From the NCBI GenBank assembly GCA_963777505.1, contig CAVZQN010000004.1:1-64000 (forward strand): a DNA stretch of 64,000 nucleotides. Reading direction: 5' to 3'. Under the pieces are notes generated by a model. That model searched no databases. It worked only from the letters and a program-made list of their open reading frames with translations, and was not told the DNA's origin. This document shows positions 21,035 through 31,472 of this stretch, in pieces. How positions within the stretch are numbered: the first letter of the stretch is position 1; every line of letters begins with the position of its first letter. The position numbers and the translations under genes were made by a program. Origin of the DNA: an uncultured bacterium (GTDB lineage: Bacteria > Acidobacteriota > HRBIN11 > JAKEFK01).

Positions 21035-22450
21035 ATGAAATCAGCCTTAATTGCCTTTTGCCTTTTCTTTTTTTCAACATTCATTTATGCCGACGATGCT
21101 CATGTTCAGCAAGCTCTTCGTCTTTTCGAAGAATGGGTCTCAGCAAAAGTCGACTACGAACGGATTCCAGGCATGTCCGCAGGTATCGTGAATGATCAGA
21201 AATTGATCTGGTCCAAAGGCTTTGGTTACGCGGATGTCGAAAACAAGAAACCTGCAACACCTGACACAATTTATGGCATCTGCTCAATTTCGAAATTGTT
21301 CACGGCGGTTTCCGTAATGCAGCAGCGTGATGCAGGAAAGCTGGAATTAAATGATCCAGTTTCGCAATATTTATCTTATGCGCAGCTGGAACAGGTAAGC
21401 AAAGATAGCCCTGTTGTCACGATTGAATCTTTGCTAACACATTCAAGTGGACTGCCCCGCGAATCTAATCATCCTTATTGGAGCGATCCCGACTTCAAGT
21501 TCCCCACAAAAGAAGAAATCATTAGCGGACTCAATTCGCAAAAAATGCTTTATCCGTCTGATCGTTACTATCAGTATTCAAATTTAGGTTTAACTTTTGC
21601 GGGCGAAGTCGTGGAGCAAGTTACCGAAAAGTCTTATGAAGAATATGTCCAGGATGAAATCCTGAAACCGTTAGGACTTTCTCACACGACTCCGTATTTA
21701 CCGGATGATCAGAAAGGGAAGCAGCTTGCGACGGGTTACAGTGCTATAAAACGGAATGGCACGCGCGATGTCATGTCATTTTATGAAACGCGAGGCATTG
21801 CTCCTGCGGCTGGTTTCGCTTCGAATGTAGAAGACCTCGCTTCGTTCGCATCGTGGCAGTTCCGATTACTCAGCAAAGGCGGTAGTGAAGTGTTAAAGGC
21901 AAGTACATTGCGCGAGATGCAGCGCGTACACTGGGTAGATCCCGATTGGAAAACCACATGGGGACTTGGCTTCGTAGTCCAACGTAAAGATGATCAAACT
22001 TTTGTTGGGCACTCCGGTGCGTGTCCCGGTTATTACACGTCTCTTGTAATGCTTCCGGAGAAAAAACTCGCCGGAATCATTATGGTCAATGCAATGAATA
22101 TCAACACCTATGGAATCGCACAACAATTCCTGAAAATTGTTGGTAAAGCGGTCGATTCAAAAGAAACGAAAACAGCAAAACCAGAATTCGAAAAGTTTGC
22201 CGGCCGCTACTGGAGTTCCTGGGGTGAAGCTATCATTCTTCCATGGAAAGATGGCCTCGCCAGCTTTGATCTGCCAACCGATGATCCGCTCGACAATTTG
22301 ACTGAACTAAAACATATCGAAGGAAACACTTTTCGACGCGTTCGCAAAGATAGTTCCGACCTCGGTGAAGAAGTGCGTTTTGAAAGCAGTCCGGACGGAA
22401 AAATAACAAAAGTTTGGTGGCATCAAAACTTCGCTACAAAAATGCAGTAA
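21035..22450 (+). CDS. Serine hydrolase, beta-lactamase family, secreted
   Basis: SISK, LLTHSSG, YSN and HSG motifs; signal peptide. Confidence 0.9.
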   Translation: MKSALIAFCLFFFSTFIYADDAHVQQALRLFEEWVSAKVDYERIPGMSAGIVNDQKLIWSKGFGYADVENKKPATPDTIYGICSISKLFTAVSVMQQRDAGKLELNDPVSQYLSYAQLEQVSKDSPVVTIESLLTHSSGLPRESNHPYWSDPDFKFPTKEEIISGLNSQKMLYPSDRYYQYSNLGLTFAGEVVEQVTEKSYEEYVQDEILKPLGLSHTTPYLPDDQKGKQLATGYSAIKRNGTRDVMSFYETRGIAPAAGFASNVEDLASFASWQFRLLSKGGSEVLKASTLREMQRVHWVDPDWKTTWGLGFVVQRKDDQTFVGHSGACPGYYTSLVMLPEKKLAGIIMVNAMNINTYGIAQQFLKIVGKAVDSKETKTAKPEFEKFAGRYWSSWGEAIILPWKDGLASFDLPTDDPLDNLTELKHIEGNTFRRVRKDSSDLGEEVRFESSPDGKITKVWWHQNFATKMQ

Positions 22451-22454
22451 TTTT

Positions 22455-23232
22455 TCAATCCTTACTCGCAGTTTTTTTACCCTTGCGATAATTTTTCGCA
22501 AAGTATTCCAGTGCAGTACGAGTCTTCGTTTGCTGCGCTCCTGCTGGATTGAGTCCTATTTTTCGTAAATGCTTTTCAAATTCCTTTTGTGCACTTTGAG
22601 CTTTTCCAGGCGGTACCTTAATCGACGCCTCTACAAGATCTTCACCATCAGGAAGTCTCCATTCTTCCGCTGTAAGTTCATAAGGAAATCCCTTATGTTT
22701 TAGTTTCCAGCGCAATACACGAATAGGACCAAGAACGCGAACATCATTGTAGTTAACTGAGCCTTTGTAGAATTCGATGAGAAAACGCTCCTGATCTTTT
22801 GAGAAGAGACTTCTGATTTCACGTTTGCCTTTTGCTACATCATCGATCTCGCCTCGATGTTGCGGAACTGTATGCGAAGCAGAGCAAACAACTCGTGGAC
22901 CGACACAATCCGCTTCCAACTTAAAGCCATTCAATTTCTTCCACTCATTCGAAATCTTTTCTGGTTTCACAGGCCTGAACTTAACAGTAGAGTCATCCTC
23001 ATCACCTTTTACTAATCGCGCGCGTAACGCAACTCCAGAGTTGAACAGGTCGAGATGAACTGTGTCAAAAAAATATAGAATACGAACTTCCGCTGAGTCT
23101 TCGTTCAGTTCTAATGCACGAAGAGCTGTGGAGTTCTTGATCTGGCTTGACTGTTACTTTGATTTCAACTGCATCTAATAAAGTCTTAGCGCGCGAACGT
23201 TGTTGAGGTTTTTTGGGAACCTTCACAGTCAT
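22455..23232 (-). CDS. CYTH-like domain protein (frameshift near 23130)
   Basis: GGAGG RBS plus ATG at 23232; VEIKVT, YFFDT..LDL...GVALRAR, DDSTVKFRP, QQTKT motifs. Confidence 0.7.
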
Positions 23233-23396
23233 CTATGCCTCCTTAGTCTGCTAAGAGGCCGGCGGCAGTGTAATCCTTAATCGCTTTTTTGAACTGCGTC
23301 CATTAGAAATAAGTGGCAATTTGTAATGATACCACCGGCCTTCATTTCAGGTTCAGCAAACGTGAGTGCTCAAGTACATCAGAACGTTAATATCCA

Positions 23397-24606
23397 TTAT
23401 TTACGCAGTGATCTGAACCCCTCGCGAACCTCTTCTGTGAAGAGCTTCGGCTGTTCCCAGGCGTGCAAAGTGCCCGCCCTTGTCGAGCTTATTGAAATGG
23501 ATCAGTTTGGGATACGCCTTCTCGGCCCAGCTCCGCGGCGCTTGGTAGAGCTCGTCCGGGAACACGCTTACGGCCGCCGGGATGTTGACGCCCTTGACGG
23601 TAACGTAACTGTACGGGTTCTCCCGGTAGAGACGACCGGAGGAGACGCCCGTGTTCGTCAACCAGAAGTGGGAGCAGTTGTCGAGGACGTCATCTCTCGC
23701 GTCAGGCCTTCGGGCACGCCATCAAAGGACCGCGCAATCAGTTCGAGGCTGCGCGGGTCATGGTCGAGCAGCCAGGCAGCCAGGCCGACTGGTGAATCCG
23801 CGATGGCGTACAGCGTTTGGGGGCGCGACGCCATGTAGAAGGCGTACTGAACGTTCTTGTAAGTGAACGCCAGCATGTCGCACGCGAGCTTCTCGTCGTC
23901 AGAGAGACCTGAAGGCAGGGGACTGCCAGCCCCGATGAGCTTGTCGATTTCAGGTGGGACTGTGCCAGGAAAGTTCGTGTGTATGCCGATCAATCCCGGC
24001 GGAGCCTGTACGGCCATCAAGTCTGTCACGACTCCACCCCAGTCACCGCCTGACGCCACGTAGCGTGCGTAGCCTAGACGATTCATCAACACCACCCAGG
24101 CGCGTGCGATTCGGTCGGGGCCCCAACCAGTCGAGGTTGGCTTTCCCGAGTATCCGTAGCCAGGCATCGACGGGACGACGACATGGAACGCGTCCGATGC
24201 GATTCCACCGTGTGCTGTCGGATTGGTCAGCGGCTCGATGATCTTCGAGCTGTTCGACTATTGAGCCAGGCCAGCCATGAGTGATGATGATCGGGAGGGC
24301 GTTCTCGTGTTTCGAGCGAGCATGAATGAAGTGAATGTCCAGCCCATCGATCTCGGTGATGAATCCTGGGAAGGCGTTAAACCTCGCTTCGCACTTGCGC
24401 CAGTTGTACTCGTTTCCCCAATAGCGCTGAAGCTTCTCTATCGTCGCGAGGGGCACTCCCTGCGACATGTCTGCGACGGGTTCTTTCTCAGGCAACCGCG
24501 TGGCATTGATGCGCCGAAGCATATCGGCCAGTTCCGCTTCCGGAACATTCACACTAAACGGACGAATGGCGTTCTTGTCTGTAGATTGCTCATAACTTTG
24601 TGTCAT
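23397..24606 (-). CDS. Epoxide hydrolase (EHN + alpha/beta hydrolase), several frameshifts
   Basis: IRPFSVNVP, HGWPGS, GGDWG, DSPVGLAAW, GGHFAxWEQP across frames; visibly more GC-rich than flanks. Confidence 0.88.
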
Positions 24607-24840
24607 TTTTTTATCTCCCTTTTGATTGGTCTTGGAGTTTGGGTTTCTGCGTGGCTAAGGCAACTAGCGCAGCGAAAAGAAAACCGAGCGGATCTCTTTA
24701 TAGAAAAACAATGATATGAAAATGTGGATCTTTACTTAACGCTGTGACCTACAAATAAAGGTAGGATGGTGCGCATTAGACACTTATAACGCCGGTTTTC
24801 AAGATCACTGAGCAACGTTATCAAACTGTGATTCTGGACA

Positions 24841-24862
24841 ATATTGGACTTTAGTCCAATAT
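24841..24862. promoter_or_regulatory. Perfect inverted repeat, candidate operator between divergent genes
   Basis: ATATTGGACT-TT-AGTCCAATAT. Confidence 0.5.
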
Positions 24863-24923
24863 CGCATTACATCATTTGAGTTTTTTTTACTCTGCGTCTT
24901 TGCGGTGCAAACCGCGTAGTAAA

Positions 24924-26687
24924 ATGGTACTGATGTTTTCACCAACATTCTGGCGAAGGTTTTACTTCTTTGCGTTACCGCTCGCCATCGTGCTTACGAT
25001 CCGTAACGCGCTGATGGATTTCTATTTCCAGTTAGCGCCTTCGCTGCGATTCTGTTTCGAGTACAACGCGGTTGTCTGGGGATTGTGGCTCTTGATCACG
25101 CCCTGCCTAATCCGCCTATTCCCCAAAATTATCTCGCTGCCGAAACGATATCGCTGGCCGATCCTTGCATTGCTTCCGCCTGTCATAGGCCTATTGCACA
25201 TGTTGATCCATCATTATTTATTCGGGAGCCGCTTCCGTTTTATCCAGATTGCCTGGGGTGACTTGTACGTGACGGTTGTTCTGTTTGCATGTTTTGCAAC
25301 AAAATGGCAGGAAGATCGATTGCAAGCAGAACAGGAATCCGCAGAACTGGAGGTGCGGATCCAACAGGTAGAACTGTCAAATATTCGAAACCGGCTCGAT
25401 CCGGAATCGATCTATCAAACACTAAGATCGGCTGCAAAACGCATCGATAACGATCCGGAAGGAGCGGACTTGCAACTCTCCCGTTTAGGGGAACACTTGC
25501 GTTCTTTGCTGCGTCATTCTTTGGATTATCTGAAGGATTCCACCCCGCGAAAGGAAAAGGAATCGCCTGAAAATCTACTCAATCCACGATTGATACGATG
25601 GGCCGCATCGCTATGGATATTTCTGGGCGGCGCAATGGTGCTGGCGGCTCTTCTTGATAGATGGATTGTGTACTCCGTCCCTATAAATTGGTATTCACTG
25701 CTGCGAACATGGATGAGCTGGGTTGCATGTGCTTTAACGAGCCCCGCAATTTTCTGGGTCAATCGGAATTATCCAGTGACTCCGTTCCGAATTAGAAATG
25801 CAGCGATCCATGTGGTTTCTTGTTTTTGCTGGTTTTTCCTTATTGGTTTTTCATTGAACGTGATGCAATTTGGATTCGAAAATTTTGTGTCCAGGATTCC
25901 AGGCATCGTGCAAGGTGGGTTTTACATGGGCTTCAAATTTGATGTTTATGCCGCGATTCTGGTTCTGGCAATTGTGGTAGAGCGTTATAAAAAGAAAACA
26001 AACGAGCGTGTGCGTGCTGCGAAGTTGGAGGGCGCTTTGTTCCATGCAGAACTCGATGCGCTCCGTATGCAACTTCATCCGCACTTTCTTTTTAATGCGC
26101 TGAATTCCATCATCGAACTTCTCCATGAGAATCCGGAACGTGCAAAGTCTTTGCTACTGCGGCTCGAACAGTTCCTGGCAATGACATTGAGCGCTGGGCA
26201 GGAACAGCAGATTTCACTTCGGCGCGAACTGGATTTCGTGGAATGCTACCTGGAAATGCAAAAAGTCCGGTTTGCAAAACGTCTTTCGATTCGAGTCGAC
26301 ATCGATCCTACAATGTCCGATTCGCGTGTTCCGGCTTTGCTGTTGCAGCCTTTAGTGGAAAACGCAGTTCGTCATGGAGTGGCTCGCAGCATGGAAGCAG
26401 GAGAGATCCGGATCCGGACAGAATCGAAAGGCAAAGTGCTTCGACTTTCGGTGGAAAATACTTGTCCCGCGGTAGGCCGAGAATCGGAAGTCAGCAAAGG
26501 CATCGGGCTTACAAACACTCGCAAACGGCTCGAACACTTGTATGGCACTCAATATAGTATGGCGATACAGCGCCTCGACTCCGGAGATATGTCCGTTACG
26601 ATCGATCTGCCTATCTCCCGGATCCCCGCATCTTCCTTCAAGGACACAACGCAGATTTTTCAGACTGCGTTGTTGCCGATTGAATAG
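24924..26687 (+). CDS. LytS/YehU-type sensor histidine kinase with duplicated TM + dimerisation module
   Basis: QLHPHFLFNALNSI, LQPLVENAVRHG, GIGL; an earlier degenerate copy reads RLDPESIYQTLRS. Confidence 0.88.
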   Translation: MVLMFSPTFWRRFYFFALPLAIVLTIRNALMDFYFQLAPSLRFCFEYNAVVWGLWLLITPCLIRLFPKIISLPKRYRWPILALLPPVIGLLHMLIHHYLFGSRFRFIQIAWGDLYVTVVLFACFATKWQEDRLQAEQESAELEVRIQQVELSNIRNRLDPESIYQTLRSAAKRIDNDPEGADLQLSRLGEHLRSLLRHSLDYLKDSTPRKEKESPENLLNPRLIRWAASLWIFLGGAMVLAALLDRWIVYSVPINWYSLLRTWMSWVACALTSPAIFWVNRNYPVTPFRIRNAAIHVVSCFCWFFLIGFSLNVMQFGFENFVSRIPGIVQGGFYMGFKFDVYAAILVLAIVVERYKKKTNERVRAAKLEGALFHAELDALRMQLHPHFLFNALNSIIELLHENPERAKSLLLRLEQFLAMTLSAGQEQQISLRRELDFVECYLEMQKVRFAKRLSIRVDIDPTMSDSRVPALLLQPLVENAVRHGVARSMEAGEIRIRTESKGKVLRLSVENTCPAVGRESEVSKGIGLTNTRKRLEHLYGTQYSMAIQRLDSGDMSVTIDLPISRIPASSFKDTTQIFQTALLPIE

Positions 26688-26690
26688 CTG
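26621..26690 (+). repeat. 70-bp direct repeat, copy 1 (copy 2 at 28011-28080)
   Basis: GATCCC[C/T]GCATCTTCCTTCAAGGACACAACGCAG...TGAATAGCTG; 2 mismatches between copies. Confidence 0.9.
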
Positions 26691-26708
26691 GACAACTCTT
26701 ACAATCCA

Positions 26709-27989
26709 CTAAGGACATTCTGTGGAAAGACTGAAAGGAAAATTCGTCGAACGAATATTAAGTGTCGCGGTATGAAATTCGGCGCTTAGATTACTGAGTG
26801 GAAAATCAGACCAGGAGAAAGGAGCATTCGAATTCCTGACCGGAATCGTGGGCAGTCCGGAACAACTGGTAGATCCTGTAAGCGGAAGCTCTACCAGGGT
26901 TACATCTTCTAAGGTTGTGTTGAAACCAACGCAACCTGCAGAAACAATCGATTCAGAGTCAGCAGATTTCACTGCATTGGAGAATGCAGTTGACCTTTGA
27001 TCCACTTCGTAGCTTCTTTTCCATTTCACGGCGCCCGTTTTTGAGATTCTCAGAAGCACACCTTTCGTCAGTGATGCGTCCGGATCGAACGCATTACCTG
27101 CAAGTATGAAACTCTCGTCATCCAGAACAAACCCCGGACGTAGGCTCAAAGTTTGTCCGGTTATGCCGAAACTTTTGGACCATAGTCTGCGATCCTGATC
27201 ATCAAAGCGAGCAATGAAGGTCTTCCCCGCTGCGTCTTGTCGGAGTGGGGAAAGGTAACCTAGAATGTAGCCTCCCGGAGCGGGAAGATAAAACAAGCCT
27301 AACGAGTCGGCCGTCTCCGCAACACGTGACCATAAAACGTTTCCAGTTCTATCCAATCGAACCCAGAGCGCACGCAGTTCGCCCTGGACTTCCGTGCTCG
27401 TGGGAATCACAAAGGAATGATCATTCAGGATTGCAATTTCTTCCCCCACGTGTTCCAGACCATTTGTTCCGATCACTTTTCGCCACCACAGTGCACCTGC
27501 TCGCGAGAATCTCGCCACAAACGAGATCCACATCTAGTCGTCGAAGAAAAACGGTGCCCTGCTGCAATGATGCTGCCATCATTCAACACTCTGACCGTTC
27601 GAAATTCATCATCTTCGGGCGTTCCGAGAGTTTTTTTTCCACACCAAACGCCCTGTCCCGGTGAATTTTGCAATCCATCCGCCGTTCCGTTGGATGGGGT
27701 GTCTATGCTTCCAACAACAGCGAATCCATTATCACTTGTCACAGCCAGTGACCAGGGCATGAGAGCTCCATTGGCCGTGATCTCTTTTGTATGTCGGAAT
27801 TGTTCCATCAGCGTTTAAAAGCGTGAAAATGAGACTCCCCGAACCGTCACGGATGGCGAGACCAACTTTTCCGGAATCATTCGTTCGGACTTCATAGGCG
27901 CACTGGCTGCCGTCTGCGACGAAAGATGTAATCTGATCGGCATTGGCTACAGTATGTACAATCAAAAAGAATACAAATAACAATGTCAA
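26709..27989 (-). CDS. Secreted beta-propeller repeat protein, paralog 3 (frameshifted, most divergent)
   Basis: ORF pieces 27732-28037, 27473-27808 and 26709-27533 align with the intact paralog; W.K..G blade repeats; ends in ECP. Confidence 0.7.
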
Positions 27990-28010
27990 CACCACACCTC
28001 CGTTTGAACT

Positions 28011-28080
28011 GATCCCTGCATCTTCCTTCAAGGACACAACGCAGATTTTTCAGACAGCGTTGTTGCCGATTGAATAGCTG
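28011..28080 (+). repeat. 70-bp direct repeat, copy 2
   Basis: Covers the 3' end of paralog 2 plus adjacent spacer; matches 26621-26690. Confidence 0.9.
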
Positions 28081-29297
28081 CTGTTTGATTACGGAACGCT
28101 GCCGGAAGCACTGCGATCGAAAAATTGCTGAGCGTCAACGATGCTGCCGCTACAGAAATCGGTGCGGAAGTCATGCGGCTGCATCCTCCAGTATTTCCGT
28201 TAAGCGGAAGGCTCAAGGTCACCATGTCGCTTGCTTGCGTGTTCCACCCGACGCATCCAGCAGCAAAAATGCTTCCATCGGTTTGCGGGACTGCGCCACT
28301 GATTGTGGATTGCGCAAGGTTTCGAGCGCTTCCATTGCACTCCCCCGGAACTGGAAATCTTCATCAGCACTCCTTTTAATGTCGATGCCGTAGATGCATT
28401 GCCCGCCAGCACCAAACTTCCATCCGCATTTACGAAACCGTGACTAAGAAACATCGAAGATCCAGAATGCGAATAAGACTTCGCCCACACCAATCGATCC
28501 GTTGCATCAAAACGGCTGATGTTTGTTTTTCAAGTTGTCCTTGCTCATGCGGTCCCAGACTTCCGAGATAGTATCCGCCGTTCGGGTTCTCCATGTAAAA
28601 AACTCCGGCGAATTCCTGCGTGGATCCAACGCGCGCGCTCAGCACAGTGCCGCTCAAACTCAGCTTGATCCATAACGGTAAAAACGGGGCGTTTCCTGTT
28701 CCAGCAGAAACCATCAACTCGGATCCATTCGCGGAGGTAATGGAACTGCCGTGATCGAGGGCGGGACGTTCCAAGAACTTTTCTCCACAACAATGCGCCT
28801 CCCTTGGACAACCTTGCGATCAACAGGTCATACGAAGTAGAAGCGGAAATGCGATGTCCCAGCACCGCAATCGAGCCATCCTGCAATACAGTTACACCAT
28901 GCAGTTCATCATTTTCGGCGGTGCCAAAAACCTTTTTCCAAACGATGTTGCCGGCCGAACTTACTTTGAACACGATTGCATCCGGCTATCTCCGGAAGGC
29001 AGTGCAATTGCCCCCACAACAACAAATCCACCATCCGAAGTCGAGGCGATGTCCGAAGGGCTTATCGTTCCGGTGGAACTAAATCTCCTGTTGAATTTCA
29101 AAGAAAGATCGGAGTTGAAGACCACCAGTCCGGCCACATTTTGATCAATTACAAGCTGCCGCGATCCTGCCATTGGGATCGATGGAAACATCCGCAGGGC
29201 ATTGGGATCCGGACAGAACAAATTGGCTCAGCACATCTGCTGCTCCCGTATAGGAAACCAGTGTCAGGATGCATGCAAGAAATACGTAACGCGTCAT
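28028..29297 (-). CDS. Secreted beta-propeller repeat protein, paralog 2 (multiple frameshifts; pseudogene or assembly error)
   Basis: Clear nucleotide similarity to 29341-30618 along its length; same MTRY start and SEKSALCP end. Confidence 0.75.
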
Positions 29298-29340
29298 AAG
29301 TACACCTCCGTTTGAACTCAAAGGAGCGCCCGCCTGACCT

Positions 29341-30618
29341 TCAAGGACACAACGCAGATTTTTCAGACTGCGTTGTTACCGATTGAAGAGCCGTTGTTAA
29401 TGTATGGAATGTTGCCGGGATGGCAGCGATTGAAAAATTACTGATCGTCAACGATGCTGCCGCCACAGAAATCGGCGAAGAGGTCATGCTGCTGCATCCT
29501 CCAGTATTGCCAGAAAGCGGAAAGCTCAGTGCCACGAGATCGCTTGCATCCGTGTTTGCACTGACGCATCCGGCAGCAAAAATATTCCCATCTGTTTGCC
29601 GCACTGCTCCGGTGAAGTAGGAATGCTCTACATTCAGCAGGCGTTTCCATTGAACTCCCCCGGAACTGGAAATTTTCATCACCAATCCTTTCAATATCGA
29701 TGGTCTTGATGGTGTAGATACATTGCCCGCCAGTACCATGCTTCCATCCGCATTTACAAAACCGTACAGTGCAGTCAACATATTTCCTGAAGCCCCATAA
29801 GATTTTGACCAAACCAGCCGATCCGTCGCATCGAAACGGCTGATGTTTGTTTTTTGGAGTTCTCCCTGCACCAGCGGTCCCGCGCTTCCGAGGTAATACC
29901 CGCCGTTCGGATTCTCCTTGTAAAACATTCCGATTGATTCCCGTGTAGATCCAACGCGCGCGCTCAGTACCGCACCGCTTAAACTCAGTTTGATCCACAA
30001 CGGTGAAATCGGCGCATTTCCTGTTCCAGCGGAAACCATAATTGCGGGTCCGCTCACGGAGGTAATGGTGCCGGCGTGATCGATGGAGGGAGTTCCAAGA
30101 ACTTTTCTCCACAACAATGCGCCACTCTTGGAAAGACGTGCAAGCAATAGGTCTAACGAATTAGAAGTGGTTATGCGATGTCCCAACACTGCAATCGAGC
30201 CATCCTGCAATACAGTCACGCTGTGCAGCTGATCAATATCGGGGGTGCCAAAAATCTTTTTCCAAAGGATGTTGCCAGTGGCACCGACCTTGAACACGAT
30301 CGCATCTGTATCTCCGGAGGGTAACGAAATGGTCCCCGCCACAACATATCCACCATCCGGAGTTGGGGTGACGCCGGAAGAATCTACCGTTCCGCTTGAA
30401 CTGAATCTCCTGTTGAATTTCAAAGTCAGATCGGGATTGAAGAGCAACACTCCGGCTGCATTTTGATCAAGTAAGGACGTTGCGATCCTGCCATTTGCGT
30501 CGATGGATACTCCAGTAGCGCATTGGGAGCCTGGCAGAACAAACTGACTCAGCACATCTGCTGCTACTGTATAGGAAACCAGTGTCAGGATGCATGCAAG
30601 GAATGCGTAACGCGTCAT
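29341..30618 (-). CDS. Secreted beta-propeller repeat protein, paralog 1 (intact)
   Basis: GGAGGTG RBS; signal peptide MTRYAFLACILTLVSYTVAA; repeats of DG...V.G...D...K....G...W.K..G; ends in LCP. Confidence 0.78.
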   Translation of the reverse strand: MTRYAFLACILTLVSYTVAADVLSQFVLPGSQCATGVSIDANGRIATSLLDQNAAGVLLFNPDLTLKFNRRFSSSGTVDSSGVTPTPDGGYVVAGTISLPSGDTDAIVFKVGATGNILWKKIFGTPDIDQLHSVTVLQDGSIAVLGHRITTSNSLDLLLARLSKSGALLWRKVLGTPSIDHAGTITSVSGPAIMVSAGTGNAPISPLWIKLSLSGAVLSARVGSTRESIGMFYKENPNGGYYLGSAGPLVQGELQKTNISRFDATDRLVWSKSYGASGNMLTALYGFVNADGSMVLAGNVSTPSRPSILKGLVMKISSSGGVQWKRLLNVEHSYFTGAVRQTDGNIFAAGCVSANTDASDLVALSFPLSGNTGGCSSMTSSPISVAAASLTISNFSIAAIPATFHTLTTALQSVTTQSEKSALCP

Positions 30619-30665
30619 CACTACACCTCCGTTTGAACTCAATGGAGCGTCGGGTTTTTCGCCTG

Positions 30666-30755
30666 ATTGTAGGAGTGATGCTGCGCAGAAAACAAGAATC
30701 TGTTCCCCAATGGTTCGTGCTGGCGCACGAACGGGTGCTAGAGCGCGCGACTAAA
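30666..30755 (-). promoter_or_regulatory. Candidate LytTR-activated promoter of the propeller genes
   Basis: Minus strand CCGTTCGTG (30734-30726) and CCATTGGGG (30713-30705) 21 bp apart, similar to the AlgR site CCGTTCGTC; TACAAT -10 at 30671-30666. Confidence 0.5.
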
Positions 30756-31470
30756 GCGCATGTCCCAGCAAATGTTGAAGTCGCTCCTTATAACGCCGGC
30801 TCAAGATGAGCTGAGTTCCATCGTGCAGAACCACGCGATAGTCACCATGAAACAACGGTTGGAGTTTCTGAATGCGGTCAATGTTCACCGCATAGGAGCG
30901 ATGAATCCGAACAAATTTCGATGGATCGAGCCGCGCAAGAAGTCCGGTGATCCCCTCACGCGACAGCAGTTGTTTCGACTTCACGTGAGTGATAGCAGAA
31001 TGCCCGCTCGCTTCGATCCAATCGATATCATTCACGTTGATCAGGATGAGTTCTTCGCCGCTTCTCATTGCCAGACGATTGGCGTAAATCGGGCTTCGTG
31101 AATCTGTTTCCAGGTGATGCAAAAGGCGTTGCATCGCTTCGTCGAATCGGGGGCGGCTAAACGGCTTCAGCAGATAATCCACCGCCTGTACATCAAACGC
31201 TTGCACCGCATAGTGCTCGAATGCCGTGATGAAGATGATGTAAGGGCGCTTCTCGCGAGGAATTCGTTGAAGCAGCTCAAATCCATTCAACCCTGGCATT
31301 TCCACATCCAGGAATAGGACGTCTGGATTGTCTTCCGAAATAGACCGCAAGGCTACGTTCGCATCATCGAGGATTTCCACACGGCTCGCAATCGGATAAG
31401 ACTTGAGAAACCTCTTCACTCGATTGCAGCTGAGCGGCTCGTCATCCACAATCAACACCTTGAGATTCAT
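30751..31470 (-). CDS. LytTR-family response regulator
   Basis: VDDEP, FLDVEMP, ITAF, DYLLKP receiver; FVRIHRSYAVN and LSRRY LytTR domain. Confidence 0.95.
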   Translation of the reverse strand: MNLKVLIVDDEPLSCNRVKRFLKSYPIASRVEILDDANVALRSISEDNPDVLFLDVEMPGLNGFELLQRIPREKRPYIIFITAFEHYAVQAFDVQAVDYLLKPFSRPRFDEAMQRLLHHLETDSRSPIYANRLAMRSGEELILINVNDIDWIEASGHSAITHVKSKQLLSREGITGLLARLDPSKFVRIHRSYAVNIDRIQKLQPLFHGDYRVVLHDGTQLILSRRYKERLQHLLGHAL

Positions 31471-31472
31471 AC
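31345..31472 (+). repeat. 128-bp direct repeat, copy 1 (5' end of LytTR gene)
   Basis: Aligns without gaps to 32721-32848. Confidence 0.9.

Noticed and set aside
23326-24714. Plus-strand ORFs 23326-23838 and 24277-24714
   Set aside because: Antisense to the GC-rich epoxide hydrolase; long shadow ORFs are expected there
24834-26695. CTGGACAA 8-mer on both sides of the kinase as a target-site duplication
   Set aside because: Too short to distinguish from chance, and no terminal inverted repeats or transposase
26709-30618. Diversity-generating retroelement or integron cassette array explaining the paralogs
   Set aside because: No reverse transcriptase, no evident adenine-specific differences between repeats, no attC-like sites or IntI
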